From assembly GCA_017464685.1 (NCBI GenBank), contig JAFTYO010000003.1:8137-72136 (forward strand): a stretch of 64,000 bases of DNA. Reading direction: 5' to 3'. The position numbers were made by a program, and so were the translations under genes. Below, one piece after another: positions 33,189 through 42,800 of the stretch. Position 1 is the first letter of the stretch, and each line of letters starts with the position of its first letter. The notes beneath the pieces were generated by a model. That model was given only the letters and a program-made list of their open reading frames with translations. It was not told where the DNA came from and made no database searches. The DNA is from Alphaproteobacteria bacterium. Its GTDB lineage: Bacteria; Pseudomonadota; Alphaproteobacteria; RF32; CAG-239.

Positions 33189-35822
33189 ATGACTACCAGT
33201 GTAAAACAAATCAGAAAAACTTTTTTGGATTATTTTGCTAAAAATAATCATAAAATTATTCCGTCATCTTCATTAGTGCCGGATAATGATCCGACATTGA
33301 TGTTTACCAATTCCGGAATGGTTCAATTTAAGAATATCTTTACCGGCAATGAAACCCGTGACTATAAACGAGCGGCATCTTCCCAAAAATCTGTTCGTGC
33401 CGGCGGTAAACATAATGACCTTGACAGTGTGGGATATGATGTTCGTCACCATACATTTTTTGAAATGCTCGGTAACTTCTCTTTTGGAGATTATTTTAAA
33501 GAAGAAGCTATTAAATATGCTTGGGAATTGGTTACCAAAGAGTTTTGCCTGCCTAAAGACAGATTGGCAGTAACGGTTTTTCATACCGATGATGTGGCTC
33601 GTAATTTATGGAAGAAAATTTCAGGCCTTCCTGATGATAAGATTATCGGTATTGCTACAAAAGATAACTTCTGGCAAATGGGGGATACGGGTCCCTGTGG
33701 TTATTGTTCCGAAATTTTTTATGACCATGGTCCTGAGGTTTGGGGAGGACTTCCCGGAACACCTGAAGAAAATGGCGACAGATGGATTGAAATTTGGAAC
33801 TTGGTATTTGATGAATTTGAAGATTTGCCCGATGGCTCAAGAGTTGAATTAAAACAAAAATGTATTGATACCGGTATGGGATTAGAAAGAATTTCAGCCA
33901 TTTTGCAAGGTGTTCATTCAAACTATGATATAGATTTGTTTAAAAATTTAATTGCTGATATCTGCAAATTTGCCGGAACAGATATAGAAAATAAAAAATT
34001 TGAATCTTCATATAATGTAATTGCCGACCACTTGCGTTCATCTTCTTTCTTGATTGCTGATGGTGTGTTACCGTCTAATGAGGGCAGGGGCTATGTGTTG
34101 CGCCGTATTATGCGCCGAGCAATGCGTCATATTTATATGCTTGGTGTACATGAGCCGATGATGTATAAGTTGTTGCCGTCTTTACAAAGAGAAATGGGTG
34201 AGGCTTATCCCGAATTGTATCGTCATGAAGCTTTAATCAGAGAAACAATCAAGGCAGAAGAAACTCGTTTCGGTCGCACACTTTCTAAGGGTTTGAAACT
34301 TCTTGAAGATGAAACAGTCGATTTAAATGAGGGAGATGAATTAAACGGACAAACAGCATTTAAATTGTATGACACATACGGTTTTCCGCTTGATTTAACT
34401 GAAGATGCCTTGAAGCTTAAAAATATTAAGGTTGATACAAAAGGTTTTAATGAGGCTATGGAAAAACAAAAAGCCGAAGCTCGCAAAAGTTGGGCGGGTT
34501 CAGGTGATGCCGGTGTTGAGAAAATTTGGTTTGAATTGCAAGAAAAACTCGGTGTAACTGAATTTTTAGGATATAATACCTTAAAAACCGATGCTCAAAT
34601 TTTGGCTTTGGTGCAAAACAGTCAGGAAGTTGAAAAAGTGACTGAAGGTGAGTTTTATTTGGTTGCAAATCAATCTTCGTTCTATGGTGAATGCGGAGGT
34701 CAGGTAGGTGATATCGGAAAAATATCAAATGCTGATTTTGAGGTTGAAGTTACAGATACCAAGAAAAAACTTGATGGTCTTATAGTTCATATCTGTAAGC
34801 TTGTGAAAGGTTCGGTAAAAGTTGGAACAAATGCAACTTTTGAAGTTGATGAAAAAGTAAGAAATCAGACCAGAGCCAATCACTCGGTTACGCACTTGGT
34901 ACACAAAGCATTGCGTGTGGTATTGGGTGAACATATTGCGCAAAAAGGCTCGTTAGTCGGACCTGATAGAATGCGTTTTGATGTTTCACATCACAAGCAA
35001 ATTACGGCTGATGAGCTTTTACAAGTAGAAAATATGGTAAATGCTGCAATTCGCAAGAATATGAAAGTGAACACCGTTATAATGAGCAAAGATGATGCAG
35101 TAGAATCGGGGGCTATGGCTTTGTTCGGCGAAAAATATGCCGATGAAGTTCGTGTTGTTCAAATGCAAAACGGTGACGAACTTTATTCTTCCGAGCTTTG
35201 TGGTGGTACACATGTTACCAATACCGGAAATATCGGATATTTCAACATAGTATCCGAATCGGCTGTGGGGGCAGGTATCAGACGAATTGAATGTGTGACC
35301 GGATTTGGGGCCGAAAAGTTTGTTCAGAGTATGGAGGACAAACTTCACGATATTTGTTCGCTTCTTAAAACCAATATTAATGATTTGGAAGCCAGAATCG
35401 GCAATTTGTTGGAAGAAAAGAAAAAACTTGAAGTTGATATATTTAACTTAAAGAAATCTTTTGTAAGCCATAAGAGCGCTGACAATCAGGATAAAATCGG
35501 TACGGTAAACGGCATTAAATTTGTAAGCAAAATTGTTTCAGGTGTTCATCCTAAAGAGTTGAAAGCTTTTATTGATGAAATCAACCAAACAATGGGTTCG
35601 GGGATTGTGGTTTTGGCTTCTGACAAAGATGACAAGGCTTCAATTGTGGTTGGTGTGACCCCCGATTTAACCGATAAATATTCTGCAGTTGATTTGGTAA
35701 GAGCTGCTTCTGAAGTTGTCGGCGGAAAAGGTGGCGGCGGAAGACCGGATATGGCTCAAGCCGGTGGACCTGATGTTTCTAAATTGCAAGAGGCATTAGA
35801 TGTAGTTAAAAATATGATATAA
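33189..35822 (+). CDS. alaS: alanine--tRNA ligase
   Basis: 877 aa with FTNSGMVQFK, an editing-domain HxxxH (HSVTHL) and a C-terminal DHHA1-like GGKGGGRPDMAQAGG. Confidence 0.95.
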   Translation: MTTSVKQIRKTFLDYFAKNNHKIIPSSSLVPDNDPTLMFTNSGMVQFKNIFTGNETRDYKRAASSQKSVRAGGKHNDLDSVGYDVRHHTFFEMLGNFSFGDYFKEEAIKYAWELVTKEFCLPKDRLAVTVFHTDDVARNLWKKISGLPDDKIIGIATKDNFWQMGDTGPCGYCSEIFYDHGPEVWGGLPGTPEENGDRWIEIWNLVFDEFEDLPDGSRVELKQKCIDTGMGLERISAILQGVHSNYDIDLFKNLIADICKFAGTDIENKKFESSYNVIADHLRSSSFLIADGVLPSNEGRGYVLRRIMRRAMRHIYMLGVHEPMMYKLLPSLQREMGEAYPELYRHEALIRETIKAEETRFGRTLSKGLKLLEDETVDLNEGDELNGQTAFKLYDTYGFPLDLTEDALKLKNIKVDTKGFNEAMEKQKAEARKSWAGSGDAGVEKIWFELQEKLGVTEFLGYNTLKTDAQILALVQNSQEVEKVTEGEFYLVANQSSFYGECGGQVGDIGKISNADFEVEVTDTKKKLDGLIVHICKLVKGSVKVGTNATFEVDEKVRNQTRANHSVTHLVHKALRVVLGEHIAQKGSLVGPDRMRFDVSHHKQITADELLQVENMVNAAIRKNMKVNTVIMSKDDAVESGAMALFGEKYADEVRVVQMQNGDELYSSELCGGTHVTNTGNIGYFNIVSESAVGAGIRRIECVTGFGAEKFVQSMEDKLHDICSLLKTNINDLEARIGNLLEEKKKLEVDIFNLKKSFVSHKSADNQDKIGTVNGIKFVSKIVSGVHPKELKAFIDEINQTMGSGIVVLASDKDDKASIVVGVTPDLTDKYSAVDLVRAASEVVGGKGGGGRPDMAQAGGPDVSKLQEALDVVKNMI

Positions 35823-35827
35823 AAAAA

Positions 35828-35850
35828 GGGGAGTGAAAAACTCCCCTTTT
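35828..35850. terminator. bidirectional intrinsic terminator after alaS
   Basis: A7-GGGGAG-TGAAAAA-CTCCCC-TTTT. Confidence 0.7.
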
Positions 35851-35856
35851 GATGAT

Positions 35857-36141
35857 TTACCTTTTGATTTCATCGTAAACCACAAAATCATAAATTTCAT
35901 CAGCAGATTGGATATCTACCTCATCATTTATCTGATGATTTTTTGATGTTTTTACAATCACAAAAAATGTTTCGTCCTCGATAACAAATTTTGCGAGCCA
36001 TTTGTCTTTATCATCTTGAGTTTCAAGGCAATAAACCAGTTCCGCTCGGACATCTTCCTGCCAAGTGGAATCTTTTCTTGACCTCAGGGATAAAATTAAT
36101 CCGGAAGCGCAAGCGATTAAAAGAATAATGAACCAGATCAT
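35857..36141 (-). CDS. small hypothetical membrane-anchored protein
   Basis: N-terminal TM (IWFIILLIACASGLILSL) followed by an acidic soluble part. No known motif. Confidence 0.45.
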   Translation of the reverse strand: MIWFIILLIACASGLILSLRSRKDSTWQEDVRAELVYCLETQDDKDKWLAKFVIEDETFFVIVKTSKNHQINDEVDIQSADEIYDFVVYDEIKR

Positions 36142-36237
36142 AATGATAGAAATTTGTCTGCAACTTACATCATTTATTGTTTGAGGTCAAGAACAAAACT
36201 CTTGCATTGATGTAAAAAATAAAATAATAAAAGATTT

Positions 36238-36981
36238 ATGACAAGATACAAAATTTTGGTAGAATATGATGGAACAAATTTAATCGGTTGGCAAAAACAA
36301 CTTGAGGGTTTGAGTGTGCAAGAATGTTTGGAAAAATCCTTAAATGCTTTCACACATCAGAATATAGAAGTTTTGGCTGCCGGTAGAACAGATGCCGGTG
36401 TACACGCAACCGCCCAAGTTGCTCATTTTGATTTAGACACAAAGATGGAGTTGTTTCGCTTAAGAGAGGCTTTTAATGCTCATTTAAGAGATATGAAAGC
36501 TCCGGTTTCTGTGCTTGATATTGAACCAGTAAGCAATGATTTTCACGCTCGTTTCAGTGCCAAAGGCAGAGGTTATGTTTATAAAATTTTAAATCGGCGA
36601 GCAAGACCAGTGCTACTCGAAAATAGGGTTTGGTGGGTGCCGTTTCCTTTAGATGTTGACTTAATGCGTGAGGGCACAAAATATCTTCTCGGCCATCATG
36701 ATTTTAGCGCTTTCAGAGGTGCCGGCTGTCAAGCTTTATCACCGGTTAAAACTCTTGACAGACTTGATATAATTCAAAACGGAGATGAAATAGATTTTAT
36801 TGTTGAGGCAAAATCTTTTATATATCATCAGGTCAGAAATATGGTCGGAACATTAAAAATGGTAGGAGATAAACACTTTGCGCCCGAAGATGTTAAAAGA
36901 ATTTTAGAAAGTAAAAAAAGAAGCGAGGCCGGAGTTACGGCACCGGCCTCAGGATTATACTTAAATAAGGTGGTTTATTAG
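36238..36981 (+). CDS. truA: tRNA pseudouridine(38-40) synthase
   Basis: YDGTNLIGWQ and the catalytic GRTDAGVHA motif. Confidence 0.9.
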   Translation: MTRYKILVEYDGTNLIGWQKQLEGLSVQECLEKSLNAFTHQNIEVLAAGRTDAGVHATAQVAHFDLDTKMELFRLREAFNAHLRDMKAPVSVLDIEPVSNDFHARFSAKGRGYVYKILNRRARPVLLENRVWWVPFPLDVDLMREGTKYLLGHHDFSAFRGAGCQALSPVKTLDRLDIIQNGDEIDFIVEAKSFIYHQVRNMVGTLKMVGDKHFAPEDVKRILESKKRSEAGVTAPASGLYLNKVVY

Positions 36982-37060
36982 CACCTCATTTTTGATTTAA
37001 AATCCTTTCTTCCGCACTTTAAACTTGCAAAATTTTTAGAAAACATTTAATACGCGACCC
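36982..37060 (+). promoter_or_regulatory. HTH-type variant of the family promoter module
   Basis: CACCTCATTTTTGATTTAAA..ACTTGCAAAATTTTTAGAAAACATTTAATACGCGACC aligns with the family cassette. TTGCAA (37025-37030), a 17-nt spacer, then TAATAC (37048-37053). Confidence 0.5.
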
Positions 37061-37190
37061 TGTCGCCAAACGGTGATGGTGTTCGAAAAACATCTTCTAT
37101 AAGTAACTTCTTGCAAAGGGGAGTGAGGGATATAAGGCTTTGTGCTCGAATAACCTTGACTGACTTATAGCAGTTTTTCGGCTCCCCGCT

Positions 37191-37490
37191 TTGATTTTCT
37201 CAAGGCGGTTTTTTATAAAACTGAAACAGGAGCTGAAACTATGTCAAACACCACAAAACACATTTCAAGTAGCCGTAAAATATCAACTGCAAAACAGGCT
37301 CAAAGAATATGTAAAAGAAAATAATATTTCTTATGAATATCTGGAACAAAAAACCGGTATCGAAAAATCTTATTTTACAAGATTTAATACTGAACACCGA
37401 ATTTGTTTTGCAAATTTTTTTAACATCCTTACGGTTTTAGACTTATGGTTTGAAATTAGGCTTAAAAAAGCAAAAAAATTGCAAAAATAA
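37191..37490 (+). CDS. XRE-family helix-turn-helix protein (start uncertain; possibly frameshifted)
   Basis: LKEYVKENNISYEYLEQKTGIEKSYFTRF is an XRE-type HTH. The frame contains no ATG at all. The only good SD-ATG (AGGAG 37228-37232, ATG 37241) opens a different 28-codon frame. Confidence 0.45.
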   Translation: MIFSRRFFIKLKQELKLCQTPQNTFQVAVKYQLQNRLKEYVKENNISYEYLEQKTGIEKSYFTRFNTEHRICFANFFNILTVLDLWFEIRLKKAKKLQK

Positions 37491-37514
37491 GTTTAATCCG
37501 TTATCCAAACTTAC

Positions 37515-37697
37515 AGCCGCCTCCTAACTGTTACTCCGGTACGCAGATATCGGTGACAATTGCTCATCGGCTTTGCCGACCGGCGTACTCTCATTTGCCT
37601 TTCGCTTGTGGTCGGACCCACTTCCTCGTGGCTCCAAATCCCTATTTCCGCTAACCTTTAAAACAAAAAAACTCCCATAAAGGGAGCCTTTTTGTTT
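37515..37697 (+). ncRNA. structured repeat element C plus intrinsic terminator (candidate 3'UTR-derived or independent sRNA)
   Basis: CCGCCTCCTAACTGTTACTCCGGTAC... aligns with the left arms of elements A and B. It ends at the CTCCC-ATAAA-GGGAG hairpin with T-rich flanks (37672-37697). Confidence 0.3.
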
Positions 37698-37766
37698 TAA
37701 TTGGAGCGGGCAATGGGATTCGGACCCACGACATCAACCTTGGCAAGGTTGCGCTCTACCCCTGAG
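37692..37766 (-). tRNA. tRNA-Gly (anticodon GCC), CCA encoded
   Basis: The reverse complement GCGGGTATAGCTCAGGGGTAGAGCGCAACCTTGCCAAGGTTGATGTCGTGGGTCCGAATCCCATTGCCCGCTCCA folds into a cloverleaf. It has a 7-bp acceptor stem, anticodon loop TTGCCAA, and T arm GTGGG/CCCAT. Confidence 0.9.
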
Positions 37767-37953
37767 CTATACCCGCATCATTTCGATGGAGTATTTAATA
37801 TCATATTAAAAATAAAATGCAAGTATTTTTTTTATATTTTTTTATTTTGTTGCATCGTATTGTTTTTTCTAAATATTTTAAGCTCTTGTGAATGAAACGA
37901 TATAAAAGTTTGAATGTTTTTCAAAATAAGTTATGCTCGAAAAAGTTTAAATT

Positions 37954-38112
37954 ATGCAAAAAAGAGCTCTAAATATGAATAAAACAAAAAAAGCACAAGA
38001 TATTCGTTTTGAAAAAGAAGCAAAAGCTTTACAAAAAAACTTATTAAAACGTAAAGAACAGCAAGAAGAACGAGAAAAACTTAAAAAATTAAAGGAACAA
38101 AACAATGGATAA
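37954..38112 (+). CDS. small Lys/Glu-rich hypothetical protein (52 aa; alternative ATG at 37975)
   Basis: Open frame MQKRALNMNKTKKAQDIRFEKEAKALQKNLLKRKEQQEEREKLKKLKEQNNG*. The stop overlaps the murA start (ATGGATAA). It is below the ORF-track size cut-off. Confidence 0.3.
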   Translation: MQKRALNMNKTKKAQDIRFEKEAKALQKNLLKRKEQQEEREKLKKLKEQNNG

Positions 38113-39397
38113 AATCAAAATCAGGGGCGGCAATCAGCTTAACGGCAAAATTTACATCAGCGGTGCGAAAAATGCGGCTTTACCTTTAATTTGTGCATCA
38201 TTATTGACCAAAGAATCGATTAGGCTTACTAATATGCCGATTTTATCTGATATAAAATCATTAAATTCTCTTTTGGAAGTTTTAGGAACAAAAATTGAGG
38301 AAAAAACAGAATTAAAGAGCGGGTTCGAATCTAAAACTTATACTTATACTACCGATAAATTTGACAGTTTGGTTGCTCCTTATGATTATGTTCGTAAAAT
38401 GCGAGCGTCTTATTATGTATTAGGACCTTTGCTTGCAAGAGAAGGCTATGTTGAACTTTCACTTCCCGGCGGTTGTGCAATTGGTGCAAGACCTATGGAT
38501 ATTCATCTTAATTCATTAGAGCTTATGGGTGCTAAAATTGAAATTAAGAACGGATATGTTGTTGCTGATGCTAAAAACGGTTTAACAGCTGCCCATATTA
38601 TTTTTCCCAAGGCTTCAGTAGGTGCAACTTGCAACGTTTTAATGGCTGCAACTTTAGCCAAAGGTACAACCAAAATTGAAAATGCGGCCAAAGAACCGGA
38701 AATTGCCGATTTGATAGATTTACTTACCAAAATGGGAGCAAAAATTGAGGGTAGAAATACTTCTATATTGACCATTGAGGGAGTTAAAGAACTTAAAAGT
38801 GCTGAGCATGAAGTGGTAGCTGACAGAATCGAAGCTGGTTCATATGCCATTGCTGCCGCAATCACAAAGGGTCGAATTGAACTTGTCAACGCAAAATCCG
38901 AACATTTACAAACTCCGCTTAATATTTTGCGCAATATGGACATTAAAATCATAGAAAAACCGCAAAGTGTTGTGGTTGATGCCCGAAATGCTTTGATGCA
39001 AGGTCAAGATATTATGACAGATTATTATCCGGGGTTCCCGACCGATTTACAAGCTCAGTTTATGGCTCTGATGACTGTTGTTCCAGGTGCTTCAATGGTG
39101 ACCGAAAACATTTGGGAAAATCGCTTTATGCATGTGCCCGAGTTGATGCGTATGGGTGCAAACATTAATATTCACGGATATGCATCCGCCATTGTCAGAG
39201 GTGTTAAAAAACTCTCAGGAGCTCCCGTGATGGCAACTGATTTGAGAGCTTCGTTTGCGCTTGTTCTGGCCGGTCTTGTCGCCGAAGGGGAAACTGTGGT
39301 AAACAGAGTATATCATCTTGACAGAGGATATGAGCGCTTGGAAGAAAAATTAAAAGCCGTCGGCGCTGATATTGAAAGAGTTAAAGAGGAAGATTAA
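38105..39397 (+). CDS. murA: UDP-N-acetylglucosamine 1-carboxyvinyltransferase
   Basis: ISGAKNAALP, active-site LPGGCAIGARP and GFPTDLQAQ motifs. Confidence 0.95.
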   Translation: MDKIKIRGGNQLNGKIYISGAKNAALPLICASLLTKESIRLTNMPILSDIKSLNSLLEVLGTKIEEKTELKSGFESKTYTYTTDKFDSLVAPYDYVRKMRASYYVLGPLLAREGYVELSLPGGCAIGARPMDIHLNSLELMGAKIEIKNGYVVADAKNGLTAAHIIFPKASVGATCNVLMAATLAKGTTKIENAAKEPEIADLIDLLTKMGAKIEGRNTSILTIEGVKELKSAEHEVVADRIEAGSYAIAAAITKGRIELVNAKSEHLQTPLNILRNMDIKIIEKPQSVVVDARNALMQGQDIMTDYYPGFPTDLQAQFMALMTVVPGASMVTENIWENRFMHVPELMRMGANINIHGYASAIVRGVKKLSGAPVMATDLRASFALVLAGLVAEGETVVNRVYHLDRGYERLEEKLKAVGADIERVKEED

Positions 39398-39421
39398 TTG
39401 TTTATAAAAAGGAAAAATAAA

Positions 39422-39790
39422 ATGAAAAAAATTTTAAATATTGTTTGTGCAATGTTTTTGTTTGGCTGTAATCAAGCAGATGTTAAACTTTCGGGAGATT
39501 ATAAAATGATAAATGCGCCTGAAAACTCTGAAATTACATTAAGCTTTGAGGAAAATAATTTTTCCGGTCTTGCCGCGGTAAACAGATATTTCGGAACTTT
39601 TGAACAAAATAAAAATGTTGTCAAATTTAATGTTGCGGGTTTAACAATGATGATGGGACCCGAAAACTTAATGCAAGCAGAACAAGAATATATTAAGAAA
39701 TTAAATCAAGTTGATGCTTTCGTATTGAAAAATGATTCGCTTATTTTAAAAACAAAAGATGGAGCAGAAATTAAATTCAAACATATATAG
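39422..39790 (+). CDS. META/HslJ-domain lipoprotein
   Basis: Lipobox MFLFGC. META-like NNFSGLAAVNRYFGTF...GLTMMMGP. Confidence 0.65.
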   Translation: MKKILNIVCAMFLFGCNQADVKLSGDYKMINAPENSEITLSFEENNFSGLAAVNRYFGTFEQNKNVVKFNVAGLTMMMGPENLMQAEQEYIKKLNQVDAFVLKNDSLILKTKDGAEIKFKHI

Positions 39791-39865
39791 AATATGTTAT
39801 CTAAATATTAACCATTAATACGATAAAAATAGCTAAAACTTTTAATTAATATTGAGGTATTAGCT

Positions 39866-42800
39866 ATGTCTTTAAATCGCAAATTTCGTGCAATTGTTGC
39901 TCTTATAACAGTCGTATGTTTTAGTTATAATTCATATGCAGCATCTTCCCAAGTGGTTGATTCGCTGTATAATTATGCCCACAATAAACAAGTTAGTAAA
40001 ATTAAGTATATGCTTAATACTATGGGGTATGATATTGATGTTGAAGATGAAGACGGAGTTACTGCTTGGTGCTTAGCTAAAGAAAGCAACGATACTTGTG
40101 CGATGGGCGTATTGGAGCAAATGGGTGCCGATACGGAACAAAGATGTGGTTTACCTTGGGGTTACATTGGTGCAGCTGCCGGTGTGGTAGCGGTAGGTGG
40201 TGCAATTGCAGCCGCTGCCGGTGGCGGCGGTGGCGGATCGGATCCGTGTTCGGGTGTGGTTTGCGGAGATAATGAGCATTGTTTGAAAGGACAATGTGTA
40301 TGTAATGCCGGTTTCTTAGAATTTGATGATGTTTGTTATCCGGATTTAAATTGTTCAGCACAAAAAAATTCTGATGGAAAACAATATAAAGATGCATGTA
40401 ATTGTATAAACGGATTTTCAGGAAATTTATGTACCGAATGTACCGGAGTTTTAGGAAATGATGGTATCTGTTATGAAAAATTGGATTGTGGTCAAGAACA
40501 TCAAGGTTATCAGCAAAATGGGGCCTGCATATGTATAAATGATTATAGTGGAACGGATTGCCAAACATGTAATGGACATGATGAAAGTCAAACTTGTTGG
40601 GAAAAACTTGATTGCGGTGATAACGGATATCAGAAAAACAATGAATGTCATTGTGAAAACGGTTATACAGGGGAAAATTGTCGTACGTGTGACGGACAGA
40701 TTGGTATTGATGGTAAATGTTATCCGACAGCTACATGTTTAAATGGAGGATATCAGATAAACGATGGTTGTAAGTGTATCAATGGTTACACCGGAGTGTT
40801 GTGTGAAACATGTAATGGTTATGAAGAAAATGGTACATGTTGGGAAAAACTCGAATGTGGTGATCATGGAACTCAAAAAAATGATATGTGTGTTTGTAAA
40901 GACGGTTATTCGGGAAGCGATTGTACTACATGTACGGGTTATGTTGGAGCTGATGATGGTATTTGTTATTCGGATGTAAGATGCGCAAATGGTGGAACAC
41001 AAGTTGGAGGAGTTTGTGATTGTACAAATGCCAACGGTTATAGCGGAACATACTGTGATGTTTGTGAAGGCGTTGTTCAAAATGGTATTTGTTACGAAAA
41101 GAAAGAATGTCAAAATGGCGATCAGGTAGCAAATGAGTGTGTATGTGATAAAAATTGGGACGGTGAGTTGTGTGATGTTTGTCCTACATATCTGCAAGAT
41201 GGTATATGTTATGATAAAGTAGAGTGTCAAAATGGCGGAACTCAAGATAAATACGGTTGTGATTGTACAAATGCCAACGGTTATAGCGGTGAGTTATGTG
41301 ATGTTTGTGCAGGAACGAAACAAGGCAGTGTATGTTATCCTACATTAACCTGTAATAACGGGACGCAAGTTGAGAACAGATGTGAATGTTATGAAGGCTA
41401 TGATGGTGCGGATTGTACGGAGTGTGCTACAGGATACGATCATTATGGTGATGAAACTCAGTGCTATAAAACTTTAGAAAGCGAAGATTGTGTACATGGT
41501 TCTCAACAGGGCAACAATTGTGTGTGTGAAGGTTATTGGAGCGGTACTAAATGTGACACCTGTACAGGTGTTGAGCAAGATGGTGCTTGTTATCAAACTC
41601 TTGAGTGTGGAGAACATGGCACACAAGTAGGAAATACTTGTGAATGTGAAGAAAATTATTATCGTGATGGAACAGGTAAATGTGTATCATCAAGTGATGC
41701 GGTAACGATGAATACCTTTGACGGTAACAATAACTATATGTTTAATGAATCCGTTTCAAAAACCCAACAAAATTATGGTGATGTATATGGTTTGGTATAT
41801 GATGCAGATCCGGCAAATCCGACTAACCATATTACGGGTGATCAATATGATATGTATATTAATTATCTCGATAATGAGGAAGAATCGGACGAAGTTAAAA
41901 ACACCAGAACTTTAACTCTTAATAACTTGGGTGATGGAAATGTTTACGGTGTGTATTCCAAGAATGCCGAAAATATGTATTTGACATATCTTGATTTACA
42001 GGCAGCAGTTACTCAAGGAACACAGACAACAAATCTTACCATTAATAACGGTGGTGAAATAGTAGGTACTCAAGGTCTTGTAAGTGGTGGAAATGGTGAG
42101 GTGTATGGTATTTGGAGTACCGGTTCCACAGATGTTTATAATATGGCACAGGATTTGGGTACGGATATTGACAATACGGTAAATATGTCATCTGAAATAA
42201 ATATTAGCGGTATCGGAACGGGCGATCTCTATGGTATGTATAATAATGAATACGGAAATTTAAACAATGGGTTATACGATGTTGTAGAGGATAAAAACAT
42301 AATAACCGATAATGCTGTTATAAATGTGGAAAGTAAGGGCTCAGGTACAGTATATGGAATGAGGAGCTATGGTGGTAATATTATTAATTCCGGTGTTGTT
42401 GATGTTTCAAGTGCATCAGGTGATGCACATGGTATATATGTCGATGATTTAGGGGATGTTCTTAATTTACACAAGGTTATTGTTGAAGGTAATAAGTCTG
42501 ATGCTACCGGTATTGACAATCGTGGTTATGGTGATGTGACAAATTCAGGTACTGTTGATGTTTCCGGAAACACGAGCAGTATGTGGGGTATTTTTTCATC
42601 ATCGGGCTTAGTATCAAATCAAGGAACGGTAACTGTTACAAATAATTCAGGTTCTGTTTCCGGTATTCATGCTTCAGATAGCAGTGTGGAAAATTCCGGA
42701 GCCATAACGGTTTCCAATACAGGAGATAATCCTGCTTATGGTATTTATACTACAAATAATAGTGTGGAAAATTCCGGTGATATAACGGTTTCCAATACAG

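Noticed and set aside
36982-37490. The promoter + HTH element as an insertion sequence or transposon
   Set aside because: There is no transposase or integrase ORF and no obvious terminal inverted repeats or target duplications. It is reported only as a repeated module or inverted repeat.
37701-37895. 64-aa plus-strand ORF (MERAMGFGPTTSTLARL...)
   Set aside because: It is the antisense read-through of the tRNA-Gly gene (37692-37766, minus strand) plus AT-rich promoter sequence. It has no RBS and no coding character.
40077-41245. Several 66-168-aa antisense or alternate-frame ORFs inside the autotransporter EGF region
   Set aside because: They are fully embedded in a strongly supported 1526-aa gene. 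Their His/Asn/Ile-rich products are artefacts of the repetitive TGT/GGT-rich coding sequence.
40247-41683. Regularly spaced repeats that might be mistaken for a CRISPR array or non-coding tandem repeat
   Set aside because: The periodicity (~125-135 nt) is in-frame and encodes 6-Cys EGF-like modules. The units are diverged at DNA level, there are no short identical direct repeats separated by unique spacers, and there are no cas genes.
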